Positions 48,013 to 56,817 of a DNA stretch of 58,289 nucleotides are shown here, piece after piece. Position numbers and translations under genes: made by a program. Positions within the stretch are counted from its first letter, which is position 1. Each line of letters starts with the position of its first letter. The DNA lies in contig JBBDYD010000136.1 of the NCBI GenBank assembly GCA_040901865.1, positions 29,912 to 88,200 of the forward strand, in the 5' to 3' direction. The stretch comes from Bacteroidota bacterium. Lineage in GTDB: Bacteria; Bacteroidota; Ignavibacteria; UBA10030. Below the pieces are notes generated by a model that saw nothing but the letters and a program-made list of their open reading frames with translations, ran no database searches and was not told where the DNA came from.

Positions 48013-48713
48013 TGTCGGGACTCCTTACGATCCGGGGTTTCCGATGACAGAATGAACGAGCGATTGAACTGATCCCAAGCCTTGTCGTCCGTCAAACGGA
48101 GAACACCAGCGACGGGAACACCGCCGTCTGCGAGCGTGACCCCGGCCGGAAGTGCGTTGCTGCGGGAAGTATACTCGGCAATAAATTCTTTGAACCTGCG
48201 GATTTCACCGCGAAGCCAATGTGACGCCGCGCCGGCAATGGCGGACGAGGGAAGTTCGGCGGCCAGATTCGCGGGTTCCATGACGGCAATCCAACCCGAT
48301 CCATAGGGGTCGGCATTGATGCCGGAAGCGTCTTCCAGAACTTCTTCATTCAATTCCAGCAATGTCCCCGTGAGCGGAGCCGGAATCGTCAGCATGCGTT
48401 CGCCCTGGCGAAGTGTTACCAGGGGGTCGCCCTTGCGGACGGTGCTGCCGACCGGTTGCGGAGAAATACCGTCAAACGATCCGACGAGCTTTTGCACGAA
48501 GTCATCCAGGCCGATCCGGGTTTTTCCGGAGGCAAGGACCTCGATCCAGGCATGCCCCTTGCTGAGGAAAAATCCCTTTGGAATAACGAATCGATCGAGA
48601 AGCAACGGAGTTCGGATCGGGACCGTTGCCTGATGTTTTCGGGCAGCACGCTGCACGAAGAAGTCGATGACAACGAATGTTATGATTGTGAGGAGAACGA
48701 AGAGAGCAACCAT
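48009..48713 (-). CDS. Membrane-anchored GcvH-fold protein, unknown function
   Basis: Start at MVALFVLL, preceded by GGAGG. One N-terminal TM helix followed by basic residues. The GHAWIEV...GKTRIGLDDFVQKLVG...PAPLTGTLLELNE segment is GcvH-like, with Glu at the expected lipoyl-Lys position by hand alignment. Confidence 0.6.
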   Translation of the reverse strand: MVALFVLLTIITFVVIDFFVQRAARKHQATVPIRTPLLLDRFVIPKGFFLSKGHAWIEVLASGKTRIGLDDFVQKLVGSFDGISPQPVGSTVRKGDPLVTLRQGERMLTIPAPLTGTLLELNEEVLEDASGINADPYGSGWIAVMEPANLAAELPSSAIAGAASHWLRGEIRRFKEFIAEYTSRSNALPAGVTLADGGVPVAGVLRLTDDKAWDQFNRSFILSSETPDRKESRQ

Positions 48714-48781
48714 GATAACCTCCGGTGTTTCACTTGTGCCTTGTTGAGCGTCGTTTGAACCTCTGATGTACCCGGAATATC

Positions 48782-48797
48782 TCCAAGAACCGTGCCA
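48782..48797 (-). promoter_or_regulatory. Candidate sigma-54 promoter (TGGCAC-GGTTC-TTGGA)
   Basis: The minus strand reads CTGGCACGGTTCTTGGAG about 70-85 nt upstream of the ATG at 48713. The -24 TGGCACG is perfect. The -12 element is GG instead of GC. Confidence 0.35.
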
Positions 48798-49031
48798 GCC
48801 TCTAAAGGGATGGTCTATTTGGTGCAAGCGTAAACCGTTGATATGCTGAAACTTGGGGGGGAGAAATCAAGAGACCAGAAGACCGCTAGCTCTGATAAGG
48901 AGTGATCGTTGAAGATTTCAGCGCAGAAAGCATGGAAAAGGCGGGAATTCTCTACAGGGCAATGAGATGGGGAGTGTTGAAAGAATGAACGGTCGTTGAG
49001 GTATTATTCAACGGTTAGGGGGCTCTGAACG

Positions 49032-49055
49032 AAAAAAAACCCCGCAAATGCGGGG
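49032..49055 (-). terminator. Rho-independent terminator of the lipoprotein gene
   Basis: The minus strand reads CCCCGC-ATTT-GCGGGG followed by TTTTTTTT, about 30 nt after the stop at 49087. Confidence 0.8.
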
Positions 49056-49086
49056 CCTTCTGAGTGACTCGAATTCTTCCTGTTTG

Positions 49087-49767
49087 TCAGGTGCAAACAG
49101 CCGTAGCTCCTTCGCCCGTCCATGTCGCATGATATCCCGTTTCAACCCATGCGCTTCCACTCCACATGGACTCAGTGATTTCCCCTGAACCATTGGGATT
49201 GGCGATGAGGATAATCCGTGTATCCGCCGTTCCGCCGGAAAAGTTGTCAATAGTGGCTTCAGTAGCCCCCGATGAGAGCGTTTGCCAGGAGATATTCATC
49301 GATGGGGTCTGGGAAGAAGGGTCAGAATCGTCGTAGATTGTCAGAGCACCTGATTTTCCATCCGAACTCGAATTTCCCTCGAGCAATTTCCAATCGGAAT
49401 ACGTCTGTTGCGACGATGTATCGGTTCCGTTCCATAGGAGCAGCCACTGAATACTGTCGTTCGACTGGCGCTGCGAAGTCAGTGTAAGGGTCGTCCCATT
49501 CAGCGGGAACTGCGATGTCCAGACTCCGTTGATATTCTGACCGGGGAGCAATCCAAGAATTGAAGCGGATTGAAGCAAGGACTTAATCGAACTCACGTAG
49601 GCATACGCTGGGCCGCCGCATGTATCTGTTGCCTGAGCGGGGGCTGTGAGGGCAAACGTCGGAAATTTCGGTTGTGTTTCAGTCGGTTCTGTGGACTTTT
49701 TTGAGCATCCTGTAAAGACACTTCCCGTCAATACTATGACGACTAACAATCGTTTGGACGTCAACAT
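49087..49767 (-). CDS. Lipoprotein of unknown function
   Basis: Start MLTSKRLLVVIVLTGSVFTGC (lipobox), preceded by GAGGAG. Ser/Thr-rich mature part. No motif recognised. Confidence 0.55.
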   Translation of the reverse strand: MLTSKRLLVVIVLTGSVFTGCSKKSTEPTETQPKFPTFALTAPAQATDTCGGPAYAYVSSIKSLLQSASILGLLPGQNINGVWTSQFPLNGTTLTLTSQRQSNDSIQWLLLWNGTDTSSQQTYSDWKLLEGNSSSDGKSGALTIYDDSDPSSQTPSMNISWQTLSSGATEATIDNFSGGTADTRIILIANPNGSGEITESMWSGSAWVETGYHATWTGEGATAVCT

Positions 49768-49889
49768 TAGAACTACTCCTCGTTTGATGAATGGATGAAT
49801 ATGGTCGCTTAATAAATATACAAAAAGAAGAGGTTCTTTGGAACGAAGAGACACTGGCCTTCCTTTTGTAATCCGTGTTTTCCTTGAGT

Positions 49890-49950
49890 TTGACGATAAT
49901 TTTTGGTACTCTATAAATTCAAAAAGCTCCCCGGGCGGGAGCTTTTCTTT
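49890..49950 (+). promoter_or_regulatory. Sigma-70-like promoter followed by a terminator-shaped leader hairpin
   Basis: TTGACG (49890-49895), a 16-17 nt spacer, then TATAAAT. Next comes AGCTCCC-CGGGC-GGGAGCT (49925-49943) followed by TTTCTTTT, ending 5 nt before the ATG at 49956. Confidence 0.35.
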
Positions 49951-49955
49951 TAAAG

Positions 49956-50627
49956 ATGGCCGTGGAATTTCTCCCTCTCTTCCCCATATTGCTCTTTTCC
50001 GTCATTATTCATGAGATTTCGCATGGATGGATGGCGTTGAAACTCGGTGACCCGACTGCGCGGGACCTCGGCCGGTTAACGCTCAATCCCATTCCCCATA
50101 TCGACCCGATCGGATCCATTCTTGTTCCGGCTATTTCGCTCCTGTCAACCGGCACGGTGTTTATCGCATGGGCGAAGCCGGTGCCCATCAATCCAATGAA
50201 TTTCCGGGACATTCGCCGGGACGATATCCTCGTTTCCGTCGTCGGCCCGATCTCCAATCTGATCCTGGCTCTGGCCTGTGCGCTCTTGTATGTCGTGGTT
50301 GAAAGTTCGTTCGGCCCGCTGAACTCCATGCCGGACGGATCCGCCCGGGAGATCGTATTGTTCTTTTTAAAGATGTTTTCGTTTGGGATCAGCATGAACA
50401 TTTTTCTCGCTGTTTTCAATCTCCTCCCGGTTCCGCCGCTGGATGGATCGCATGTCGTTGCGTCACTCCTTCCACCGAAAGCCGGGGAGCGCTACCGACA
50501 GGTGGGATTTGCAGGGATCTTCATCATCCTGGTCCTCATGAACATCCCGTTCTTTCGGGATTCCGTAATCGGCATAGTCCGGGCAATCGAATTACCGTAT
50601 AACCTGCTCATTGAGGCTTTGCTCTGA
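49956..50627 (+). CDS. Site-2 protease family (M50) zinc metalloprotease
   Basis: 223 aa polytopic protein with HEISHG (HExxH) in the first TM region and NLLPVPPLDG downstream. Confidence 0.85.
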   Translation: MAVEFLPLFPILLFSVIIHEISHGWMALKLGDPTARDLGRLTLNPIPHIDPIGSILVPAISLLSTGTVFIAWAKPVPINPMNFRDIRRDDILVSVVGPISNLILALACALLYVVVESSFGPLNSMPDGSAREIVLFFLKMFSFGISMNIFLAVFNLLPVPPLDGSHVVASLLPPKAGERYRQVGFAGIFIILVLMNIPFFRDSVIGIVRAIELPYNLLIEALL

Positions 50628-50630
50628 CCC

Positions 50631-51674
50631 ATGGACCGCAAGATTTTGATTCTGGCCGAGAGGAAATTCAGTCCCCTCAAATCAAAAACCGCCAACGGTG
50701 CCATTATCTACCTCCGCAACGAAGTCGTGGCAGTTATTGACAGTACCAAAGCCGGTACAACGGCTCAGGATGTGCTCGGGTACGGCGGAGCCATCCCGGT
50801 TGTCAAAGACCTGGCTGAAGGACTCCGGTTCGGACCGACTCATTTGCTGATTGGTATTGCTCCCCCGGGAGGCAGGCTGCCGGAGGACTGGAGGCAAATC
50901 CTTAGCAAAGCCATCACACAAAAACTCCACATTCTCAACGGATTGCACACGATTCTCTCAGACGATGGCGAACTGTCTTCACTTGCCCGACAGTATGGCG
51001 CGGAGATTACCGATTACCGCAAAATTCCGCCTGAAGCCGAGGTTGTTTCAATGGGATCGTGGCGGACTCGGAAGGCAAAGACGGTGCTCACGGTCGGATC
51101 GGATTGCAACATCGGGAAAATGACCACGATGCTTGAAGTCCAGAAGGAGTTTCTGAAACGAGGGCTTAAGTCGGATTTTGTTGCTACGGGTCAAACCGGA
51201 ATGCTGATCCGCGGAAGAGGAATTGCTGTTGATTCGATCATCAGTGATTATATTGCAGGATGCATTGAACGGGAAATCGACCGGTCGGAAACGGAAGGAT
51301 ACGACTATGTGTTTGTGGAAGGGCAGGGGGCGCTGTCGCACATGGGGTATTCGGGCGTCACCTTGGGACTTCTGCACGGCACCATGCCCGATGCGATGAT
51401 TCTTTGTCACCAGCCGACCCGCGTCACGGATGACTATGGACTTCCGTTGCCCGATCTTAAACACCTTGTGGCCCTTCACGAAAATTTGGTGACATTGTTC
51501 CGGCCGACCAAAGTCGTCGGTATCGGACTGAATTCCATCGGGCTGAGTGACGAAGAATCCCTGAAGGCGGCCGCCGTGATTGAGAGAGAGACGGGGCTTC
51601 CGGCAGTGGACACGCTTCGGTTCGGCGGCGGAAAACTTACTGATGCTCTGATTCACCACTTTACGACAAGCTGA
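50631..51674 (+). CDS. DUF1611 domain protein
   Basis: 347 aa. The N-terminal Rossmann-like part and the GSDCNIGKMTT P-loop-like block match my recollection of DUF1611. Confidence 0.6.
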   Translation: MDRKILILAERKFSPLKSKTANGAIIYLRNEVVAVIDSTKAGTTAQDVLGYGGAIPVVKDLAEGLRFGPTHLLIGIAPPGGRLPEDWRQILSKAITQKLHILNGLHTILSDDGELSSLARQYGAEITDYRKIPPEAEVVSMGSWRTRKAKTVLTVGSDCNIGKMTTMLEVQKEFLKRGLKSDFVATGQTGMLIRGRGIAVDSIISDYIAGCIEREIDRSETEGYDYVFVEGQGALSHMGYSGVTLGLLHGTMPDAMILCHQPTRVTDDYGLPLPDLKHLVALHENLVTLFRPTKVVGIGLNSIGLSDEESLKAAAVIERETGLPAVDTLRFGGGKLTDALIHHFTTS

Positions 51675-51677
51675 CGA

Positions 51678-52943
51678 ATGGATTGTTTCGCATACAAGAA
51701 TAACGAACTGCATTGTGAGGATGTGCCTCTTACAGAACTTCAAAAGGAGTTTGGCAGTCCTCTGTACGTGTACAGCTTGTCACAACTCGTCGCGAACTAT
51801 CAGGCCGTTGACGCAGTCGTTGCCGATCTTGACCACGTCACCTGCTATGCTCTCAAGGCAAATGCGAATCATTACCTTCTGAAAGTACTGGCGGAACATG
51901 GCGCCGGCGCAGATGTGGTATCAGCCGGGGAATTATATCTTGCTCTGAAGGCCGGATTCTCTCCGGAGAAGATTGTGTTTGCAGGAGTTGGAAAACGCGA
52001 AGATGAAATCGAGTATGCCCTAAAGGAAGGCATATTCTGTTTTAATGCCGAGTCCGAGCAGGAGCTCCAGTTGATTTCCCTGGCAGCCCTCCGGCTTCAA
52101 AAGAAAGCACGCGTTGCGTTGAGAATTAATCCGGACATCGATGCCGAAAGCCATCCGTACATTTCCACCGGCCTCAAACAACACAAGTTTGGCATTCCGG
52201 CTGATCGTGCAATGGAGGCATTCAAGTTCGCCGTCTCGTTGTCGAACCTTGAAGTCTCGGGTGTGCACATTCACATCGGATCTCAGATCACAAAGATCGA
52301 GCCGTTTGTTGCAGCCGCGTCATTCCTCGTTCGATTTGTCCGGGAACTCCGCCAGCAGGGAATTCCCATCACCCACGTGGACATCGGGGGTGGATTTGGA
52401 ACCCGGTATGTGAACGCGCTGTCGCATGAAGGTCTCCCGGTCGAAGAGGGCGATCAAGCGGAGGTCCAGTCTCCGGAGGAATCGCTCCGTGCCATGGCGC
52501 CGGCCCTCAAGGAGACCGGCTGTTCGGTTTGGCTCGAACCGGGGCGGGCGATCATTGCCAATGCAGGGATCTTGTTGACCCAAGTGCTGTATGTGAAGGA
52601 AAATGGGACTAAGAAGTTCATTATTGTCGATGCAGGGATGAATGATTTGTTGCGCCCAAGTTTGTATAATGCCTATCACCAGATTGTTCCGGTCAAGCTG
52701 GAGACTTACGAGCATGAACGGGTGGATGTGGTGGGGCCGGTGTGTGAGACAGGAGATTTCTTCGCGCGCGACCGCATGGTCTCGAAACTCAAGCCGCAGG
52801 AACTGCTGGCGATCCTCACGACGGGGGCGTACGGGTTTGTGAATGCATCAAACTATAATGCCCGTCCCCGGCCGGCGGAAGTTCTGGTGAACGGTGATCG
52901 CGTGCGCGTGATTCGCCCGAGGCAAACGCTGGAAGAACTCTGA
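51678..52943 (+). CDS. lysA: Diaminopimelate decarboxylase
   Basis: 421 aa. YALKAN, HIGSQI, GGG.G, EPGR and CE.GD blocks of the PLP-dependent group IV decarboxylases. Confidence 0.9.
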   Translation: MDCFAYKNNELHCEDVPLTELQKEFGSPLYVYSLSQLVANYQAVDAVVADLDHVTCYALKANANHYLLKVLAEHGAGADVVSAGELYLALKAGFSPEKIVFAGVGKREDEIEYALKEGIFCFNAESEQELQLISLAALRLQKKARVALRINPDIDAESHPYISTGLKQHKFGIPADRAMEAFKFAVSLSNLEVSGVHIHIGSQITKIEPFVAAASFLVRFVRELRQQGIPITHVDIGGGFGTRYVNALSHEGLPVEEGDQAEVQSPEESLRAMAPALKETGCSVWLEPGRAIIANAGILLTQVLYVKENGTKKFIIVDAGMNDLLRPSLYNAYHQIVPVKLETYEHERVDVVGPVCETGDFFARDRMVSKLKPQELLAILTTGAYGFVNASNYNARPRPAEVLVNGDRVRVIRPRQTLEEL

Positions 52944-52958
52944 TTCCCGAGGAGTCAA

Positions 52959-53951
52959 ATGAAGCTGCATGATATTGCCATCGTGGGCGCCACCGGTCTC
53001 GTCGGCCGAACCATGGTGCGCGTGTTGATGGAGCGCAAGTTCCCCGTGGACCGCCTTGTGCTCCTGGCTTCGGAGCGATCCGTGGGGAAGGAGCTGGATT
53101 TCAACGGAACGGCAGTCCCGGTTCAGGTCCTTGCCCCGGATAAATTCCGCCACATTGAATATGCACTATTTTCCGCAGGCGCGATGGTCAGCAAGGAGTA
53201 CGCCCCCATGGCTGTCCGGTCGGGAGCGGTGGTGATCGACAACAGCAGCGCATTCAGGATGGAGGACGATGTCCCATTGATTGTCCCCGAAGTGAATCGC
53301 CGCCAGGCATTTAAACACAAAGGAATTATTGCCAATCCCAATTGTTCCACCATTCAACTCGTTGTCGCCCTCAAACCGCTTCATGACCGTTTCAAAATCA
53401 GGCGCGTCGTCGTGTCCACATATCAATCCGTGACCGGCGCCGGACAGCAGGGCGTGGACCAGCTCCGGGAAGAACTTGCACAGCGCGTGCCCGCGACAAT
53501 GAAATTTCAGCACCGTATCGCGTTCAACACTTTGCCTCACATCGACCTCTTTTTTGATGACGGGTATTCGAAAGAGGAATACAAAATGATCAACGAGACT
53601 TCGAAAATCATGGGCGAGAAAATCAAGCTGACGGCCACATGCGTGCGAGTGCCGGCTATTGGCGGTCACGGTGAATCGATCAACATCGAATTCCAAAAGA
53701 AATCATCCGTTGAGGAAATTCGTGAGGTCCTTCGTACTGCACCGGGAATTGTTGTTCAGGACGACCCCAAAACAGGCGTCTATCCCATGCCGATCACGGC
53801 GGAGGGAAAAGACGATGTGTTTGTTGGAAGGATCCGTAAGGATGATTCGGTGCCGAGCGGAGTGAATCTGTGGATTGTGGCGGACAACGTGCGGAAGGGA
53901 GCAGCGACGAATGCGGTGCAGATTGCTGAAGTGCTGGCATTGGGGAAATAG
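52959..53951 (+). CDS. asd: Aspartate-semialdehyde dehydrogenase
   Basis: 330 aa. VGATG.VG, NPNCSTI (catalytic Cys) and VRVP...GH blocks. Confidence 0.92.
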   Translation: MKLHDIAIVGATGLVGRTMVRVLMERKFPVDRLVLLASERSVGKELDFNGTAVPVQVLAPDKFRHIEYALFSAGAMVSKEYAPMAVRSGAVVIDNSSAFRMEDDVPLIVPEVNRRQAFKHKGIIANPNCSTIQLVVALKPLHDRFKIRRVVVSTYQSVTGAGQQGVDQLREELAQRVPATMKFQHRIAFNTLPHIDLFFDDGYSKEEYKMINETSKIMGEKIKLTATCVRVPAIGGHGESINIEFQKKSSVEEIREVLRTAPGIVVQDDPKTGVYPMPITAEGKDDVFVGRIRKDDSVPSGVNLWIVADNVRKGAATNAVQIAEVLALGK

Positions 53952-54083
53952 TGAAGGGTAAAGGGTGAAGAGTGAAGAGTGAGAAAGGCCGTAAGAAGTG
54001 AAAAGTGAAATGTGAAACGTGAAAAGTTGTTGAGCCGGGTTCTGCATCATTTCACATTTCACATCTTACATTTTACTGGAGTG
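53951..54083. repeat. Heptanucleotide array arranged as inverted arms (GTGAARN units, then ATTTCAC units)
   Basis: About 19 phased 7-nt units. Perfect 13-bp inverted repeat GTGAAATGTGAAA (54005-54017) / TTTCACATTTCAC (54050-54062). Confidence 0.9.
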
Positions 54084-54104
54084 CTTTGAAACGAGGTAAA
54101 TGCC

Positions 54105-54977
54105 ATGAGACAAATATTGCTTTACATATTGATTGCTCTGTTTGCAATTGCCGGTTGCGGTAAGGGAAAGCCATCCACCGAACTCGTGACCTTTCAGGTT
54201 CGTGGTGTCGTGGTTTCGGTGAATCTGGAAAAACAGCGAATTGTCCTGGACCATGAGGAGATTCCGAATTACATGAAAGCCATGACCATGCCGTTCAAGG
54301 TCAAGGATTCCACGCTCCTCGCGAAAGTTCAGCCGGGAGATACGGTTGAGGGCGTTCTTGCGGTTTCCCGAACGGAAAGCTGGCTTGAGTCGTTGACTGT
54401 TGTCGGATCAGGTGAAGAGCCGGAATCGGCATCTTCCGCGGCTGATAATATCTTTCGGCGCATCTACAAGGTTGGCAGTCGCATTCCGGAGTATTCCTTC
54501 GTCAATCAGGAGGGAAAACGGGTGAAACTCAGCGATTTCCGGGGGAAGGCCATTGCGATCACGTTCATCTATTCCCGCTGCCCGCTTCCGGATTTTTGCA
54601 TACAAATGAGCAACCACTTTGCCCGGGTTCAACGATCCCTGAAGAAAGAACCCCTGCTTGCCAACAAGTGGCACCTCCTGACGATCAGCTTTGATCCCGA
54701 ATTCGACAAGCCGGCTGTTCTCAAGAGGTACGGCAAGGCGTACGACGCCGATTTTTCCACGTGGGATTTTGTAACCGACAGTCTCAGTACCATCAGAGAG
54801 CTGGCTGACGGATTGGAACTTGTGATGGAAGACGATGAGGGGGGATTGATTGCGCACAATCTTCGCACGGCGGTGATCGATCCGCACGGAATCCTGGTGC
54901 AAGTGTATAAAGGAAACGAATGGACGGCACAGGAACTTGAAGATGCCATTCGGGCAGCCATTGTGAAAGCCGGTTAA
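54105..54977 (+). CDS. SCO1/SenC family copper chaperone with N-terminal CusF-like domain
   Basis: Lipoprotein signal (IAGCG). CusF-like segment VVSVNLEKQRIVLDHEEIP.YM.AMTMPF. Thioredoxin-fold CPLPDFC (CxxxC) motif. Confidence 0.8.
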   Translation: MRQILLYILIALFAIAGCGKGKPSTELVTFQVRGVVVSVNLEKQRIVLDHEEIPNYMKAMTMPFKVKDSTLLAKVQPGDTVEGVLAVSRTESWLESLTVVGSGEEPESASSAADNIFRRIYKVGSRIPEYSFVNQEGKRVKLSDFRGKAIAITFIYSRCPLPDFCIQMSNHFARVQRSLKKEPLLANKWHLLTISFDPEFDKPAVLKRYGKAYDADFSTWDFVTDSLSTIRELADGLELVMEDDEGGLIAHNLRTAVIDPHGILVQVYKGNEWTAQELEDAIRAAIVKAG

Positions 54978-54979
54978 TA

Positions 54980-56815
54980 GTGAAAAAAGACTTCCGACAA
55001 CGGATCAAAGAGGGCCCCATTCTGTGTGACGGAGCCATGGGGACACTCCTCGATCTGTACGAATATCCCGATCTCCCGCACGAAATCCAGAACATCCGTA
55101 ATCCTGAAATCGTTGAGCGCATTCACCGCGAATATATCGAGGCCGGAGCGGAGATCATTCAAACCAACACGTTTTCGGGGAACCGGCTCAGACTCGCGCA
55201 GTTCCATTTTGAAGACCAGGTCCGCGAAATAAACAAGGCAGGGGTGGAAATCGCCCGACGGGCGGCTGGTGACGGCGTCTATGTTGCGGGGTCCGTAGGG
55301 CCTACCGGGAAGCTCCTTGAGCCGATCGGCAAGTTGAAGATCGCCGATGCGCGTGAAGTGTTCCGCGAACAGATCGCGATCCTGGTTGATGCCGGTATTG
55401 ATGTGCTCATGTTGGAGACATTTGTTAGTCTCACCGAACTTGATGCAGCACTCGATGCGGTGAGGGATCTTAAGGTAAAGATTCCGGTTGTTGCCCAGAA
55501 GGCGTTTCCGGAGGACGGAGCGATTCTCTCGGGCACGTTTCCGGTTGAAGTGGCAGAACATATGATCAGCCGCGGCGTGGATGTGGTTGGTGCGAATTGC
55601 ACCGTGGGTCCTCAGCGCATGTTCAGCATCATCCGCAACATGTACAAAGACGGCGTGTTCATGAGTGCCCAGCCCGCCGCCGGTATTCCCACTCTGCTCG
55701 ATGGACGATCGATCTACCATACATCACCGGAATACCTTGCCCAATACGCACGCGAACTTCTGCAGGCAGGTGTGACCATCATCGGAGCGTGCTGTGGGTC
55801 CACACCGGCACATATCCGTGCCATGAAGCGTGTCATGGATGAATTCACCGGAACTCCTTCCGCGATCCGTCCGCCGTCCGTGCGGGAGCGAAAGGCCGAG
55901 AGCCCGAAGCCTCCGGTACTTGAACCGGGCGGCCATTCCTGGTCGGCGTTTGCCGGTAATATCGGAAAGAAATTCCTGACGACCGTCGAGCTCGATATTC
56001 CGCGGGGTCTCGACATGTCTTCGTTGATCGAGGGTGCGCGATATCTGCGCAGTTACGGCATTGATGCTATAAACATCACCGACGGGGCGCGGGCACGCCT
56101 GCGCCTGAGCCCGATCGCCATCAGCTACCAGATCCAGTCTCAGGTCGGCATCGAAGCGATGACGCATCTTGCAACCCGGGACCGGAACATGATCAGCCTG
56201 CAAAGCGAGCTGATGAGCGCGCATACCTTTGGTCTCCGCAACATCCTCGCCATCACGGGCGATCCCACGAGCATCGGCGATTACCCACAGGCAACGTCTG
56301 TGTTCGATATAGATTCTTCGGGCCTTATCCGGGCGGCGAAATCCATGAACGAAGGCAAGGATCTCATGGGCAACACCATCGAGGCAAGGACCTCGTTTCT
56401 TGTGGCATGCGCTGCCAACCCCATGGCCGATAACATGGATAAGGAAATCGCCAAAATGGAAAAGAAGGCCGCCGCCGGCGTTGATATCGTTTTCACCCAG
56501 CCGATCTACGAACTCCGCACGCTTGAACAGTTCCTGAAACGAATCGAATCGTGGAAGCTTCCGGTGATGGTGGGTGTTTTACCCCTGAGAGGTTTCAAGC
56601 ACGCCGAATTTTTGCATAATGAGATTCCCGGAATGATCATTCCCGAATCAATTCGCGAAAAACTCCGCAATGCCGGCGACCGGGCTTCTACAATAGGAGT
56701 GGAAAGCGCCATCGATTTTTTGCGGAAGGCAAAACCGATGGTCGCGGGCGCCTATCTCATGCCTCCCTTCAAGAAGTACGACATGGTGCCACAGATTATG
56801 GAAGCGATCGGGTAA
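54980..56815 (+). CDS. Bifunctional homocysteine S-methyltransferase / methylenetetrahydrofolate reductase (YitJ-like)
   Basis: 611 aa. N-terminal Hcy-binding domain (DGAMGT, NCTVGP, GACCGSTP) fused to a MetF-like TIM barrel (ITDGARA, ITGDP). GTG start. Confidence 0.85.
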   Translation: MKKDFRQRIKEGPILCDGAMGTLLDLYEYPDLPHEIQNIRNPEIVERIHREYIEAGAEIIQTNTFSGNRLRLAQFHFEDQVREINKAGVEIARRAAGDGVYVAGSVGPTGKLLEPIGKLKIADAREVFREQIAILVDAGIDVLMLETFVSLTELDAALDAVRDLKVKIPVVAQKAFPEDGAILSGTFPVEVAEHMISRGVDVVGANCTVGPQRMFSIIRNMYKDGVFMSAQPAAGIPTLLDGRSIYHTSPEYLAQYARELLQAGVTIIGACCGSTPAHIRAMKRVMDEFTGTPSAIRPPSVRERKAESPKPPVLEPGGHSWSAFAGNIGKKFLTTVELDIPRGLDMSSLIEGARYLRSYGIDAINITDGARARLRLSPIAISYQIQSQVGIEAMTHLATRDRNMISLQSELMSAHTFGLRNILAITGDPTSIGDYPQATSVFDIDSSGLIRAAKSMNEGKDLMGNTIEARTSFLVACAANPMADNMDKEIAKMEKKAAAGVDIVFTQPIYELRTLEQFLKRIESWKLPVMVGVLPLRGFKHAEFLHNEIPGMIIPESIREKLRNAGDRASTIGVESAIDFLRKAKPMVAGAYLMPPFKKYDMVPQIMEAIG

Positions 56816-56817
56816 AA

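Noticed and set aside
48811-48826. Plus-strand sigma-54-like sequence TGGTCT-ATTTG-GTGCA
   Set aside because: The -24 element is poor. No plus-strand gene lies downstream before 49956, and a minus-strand gene and its terminator lie in between.
19129-54083. The heptad arrays as CRISPR-like arrays
   Set aside because: The units are 7 nt and directly abutting, with no spacers. The arrays are 35-130 bp long, and no cas genes are present.
54974-55720. 248-aa minus-strand ORF
   Set aside because: Antisense to the homocysteine methyltransferase domain of the YitJ-like fusion gene.
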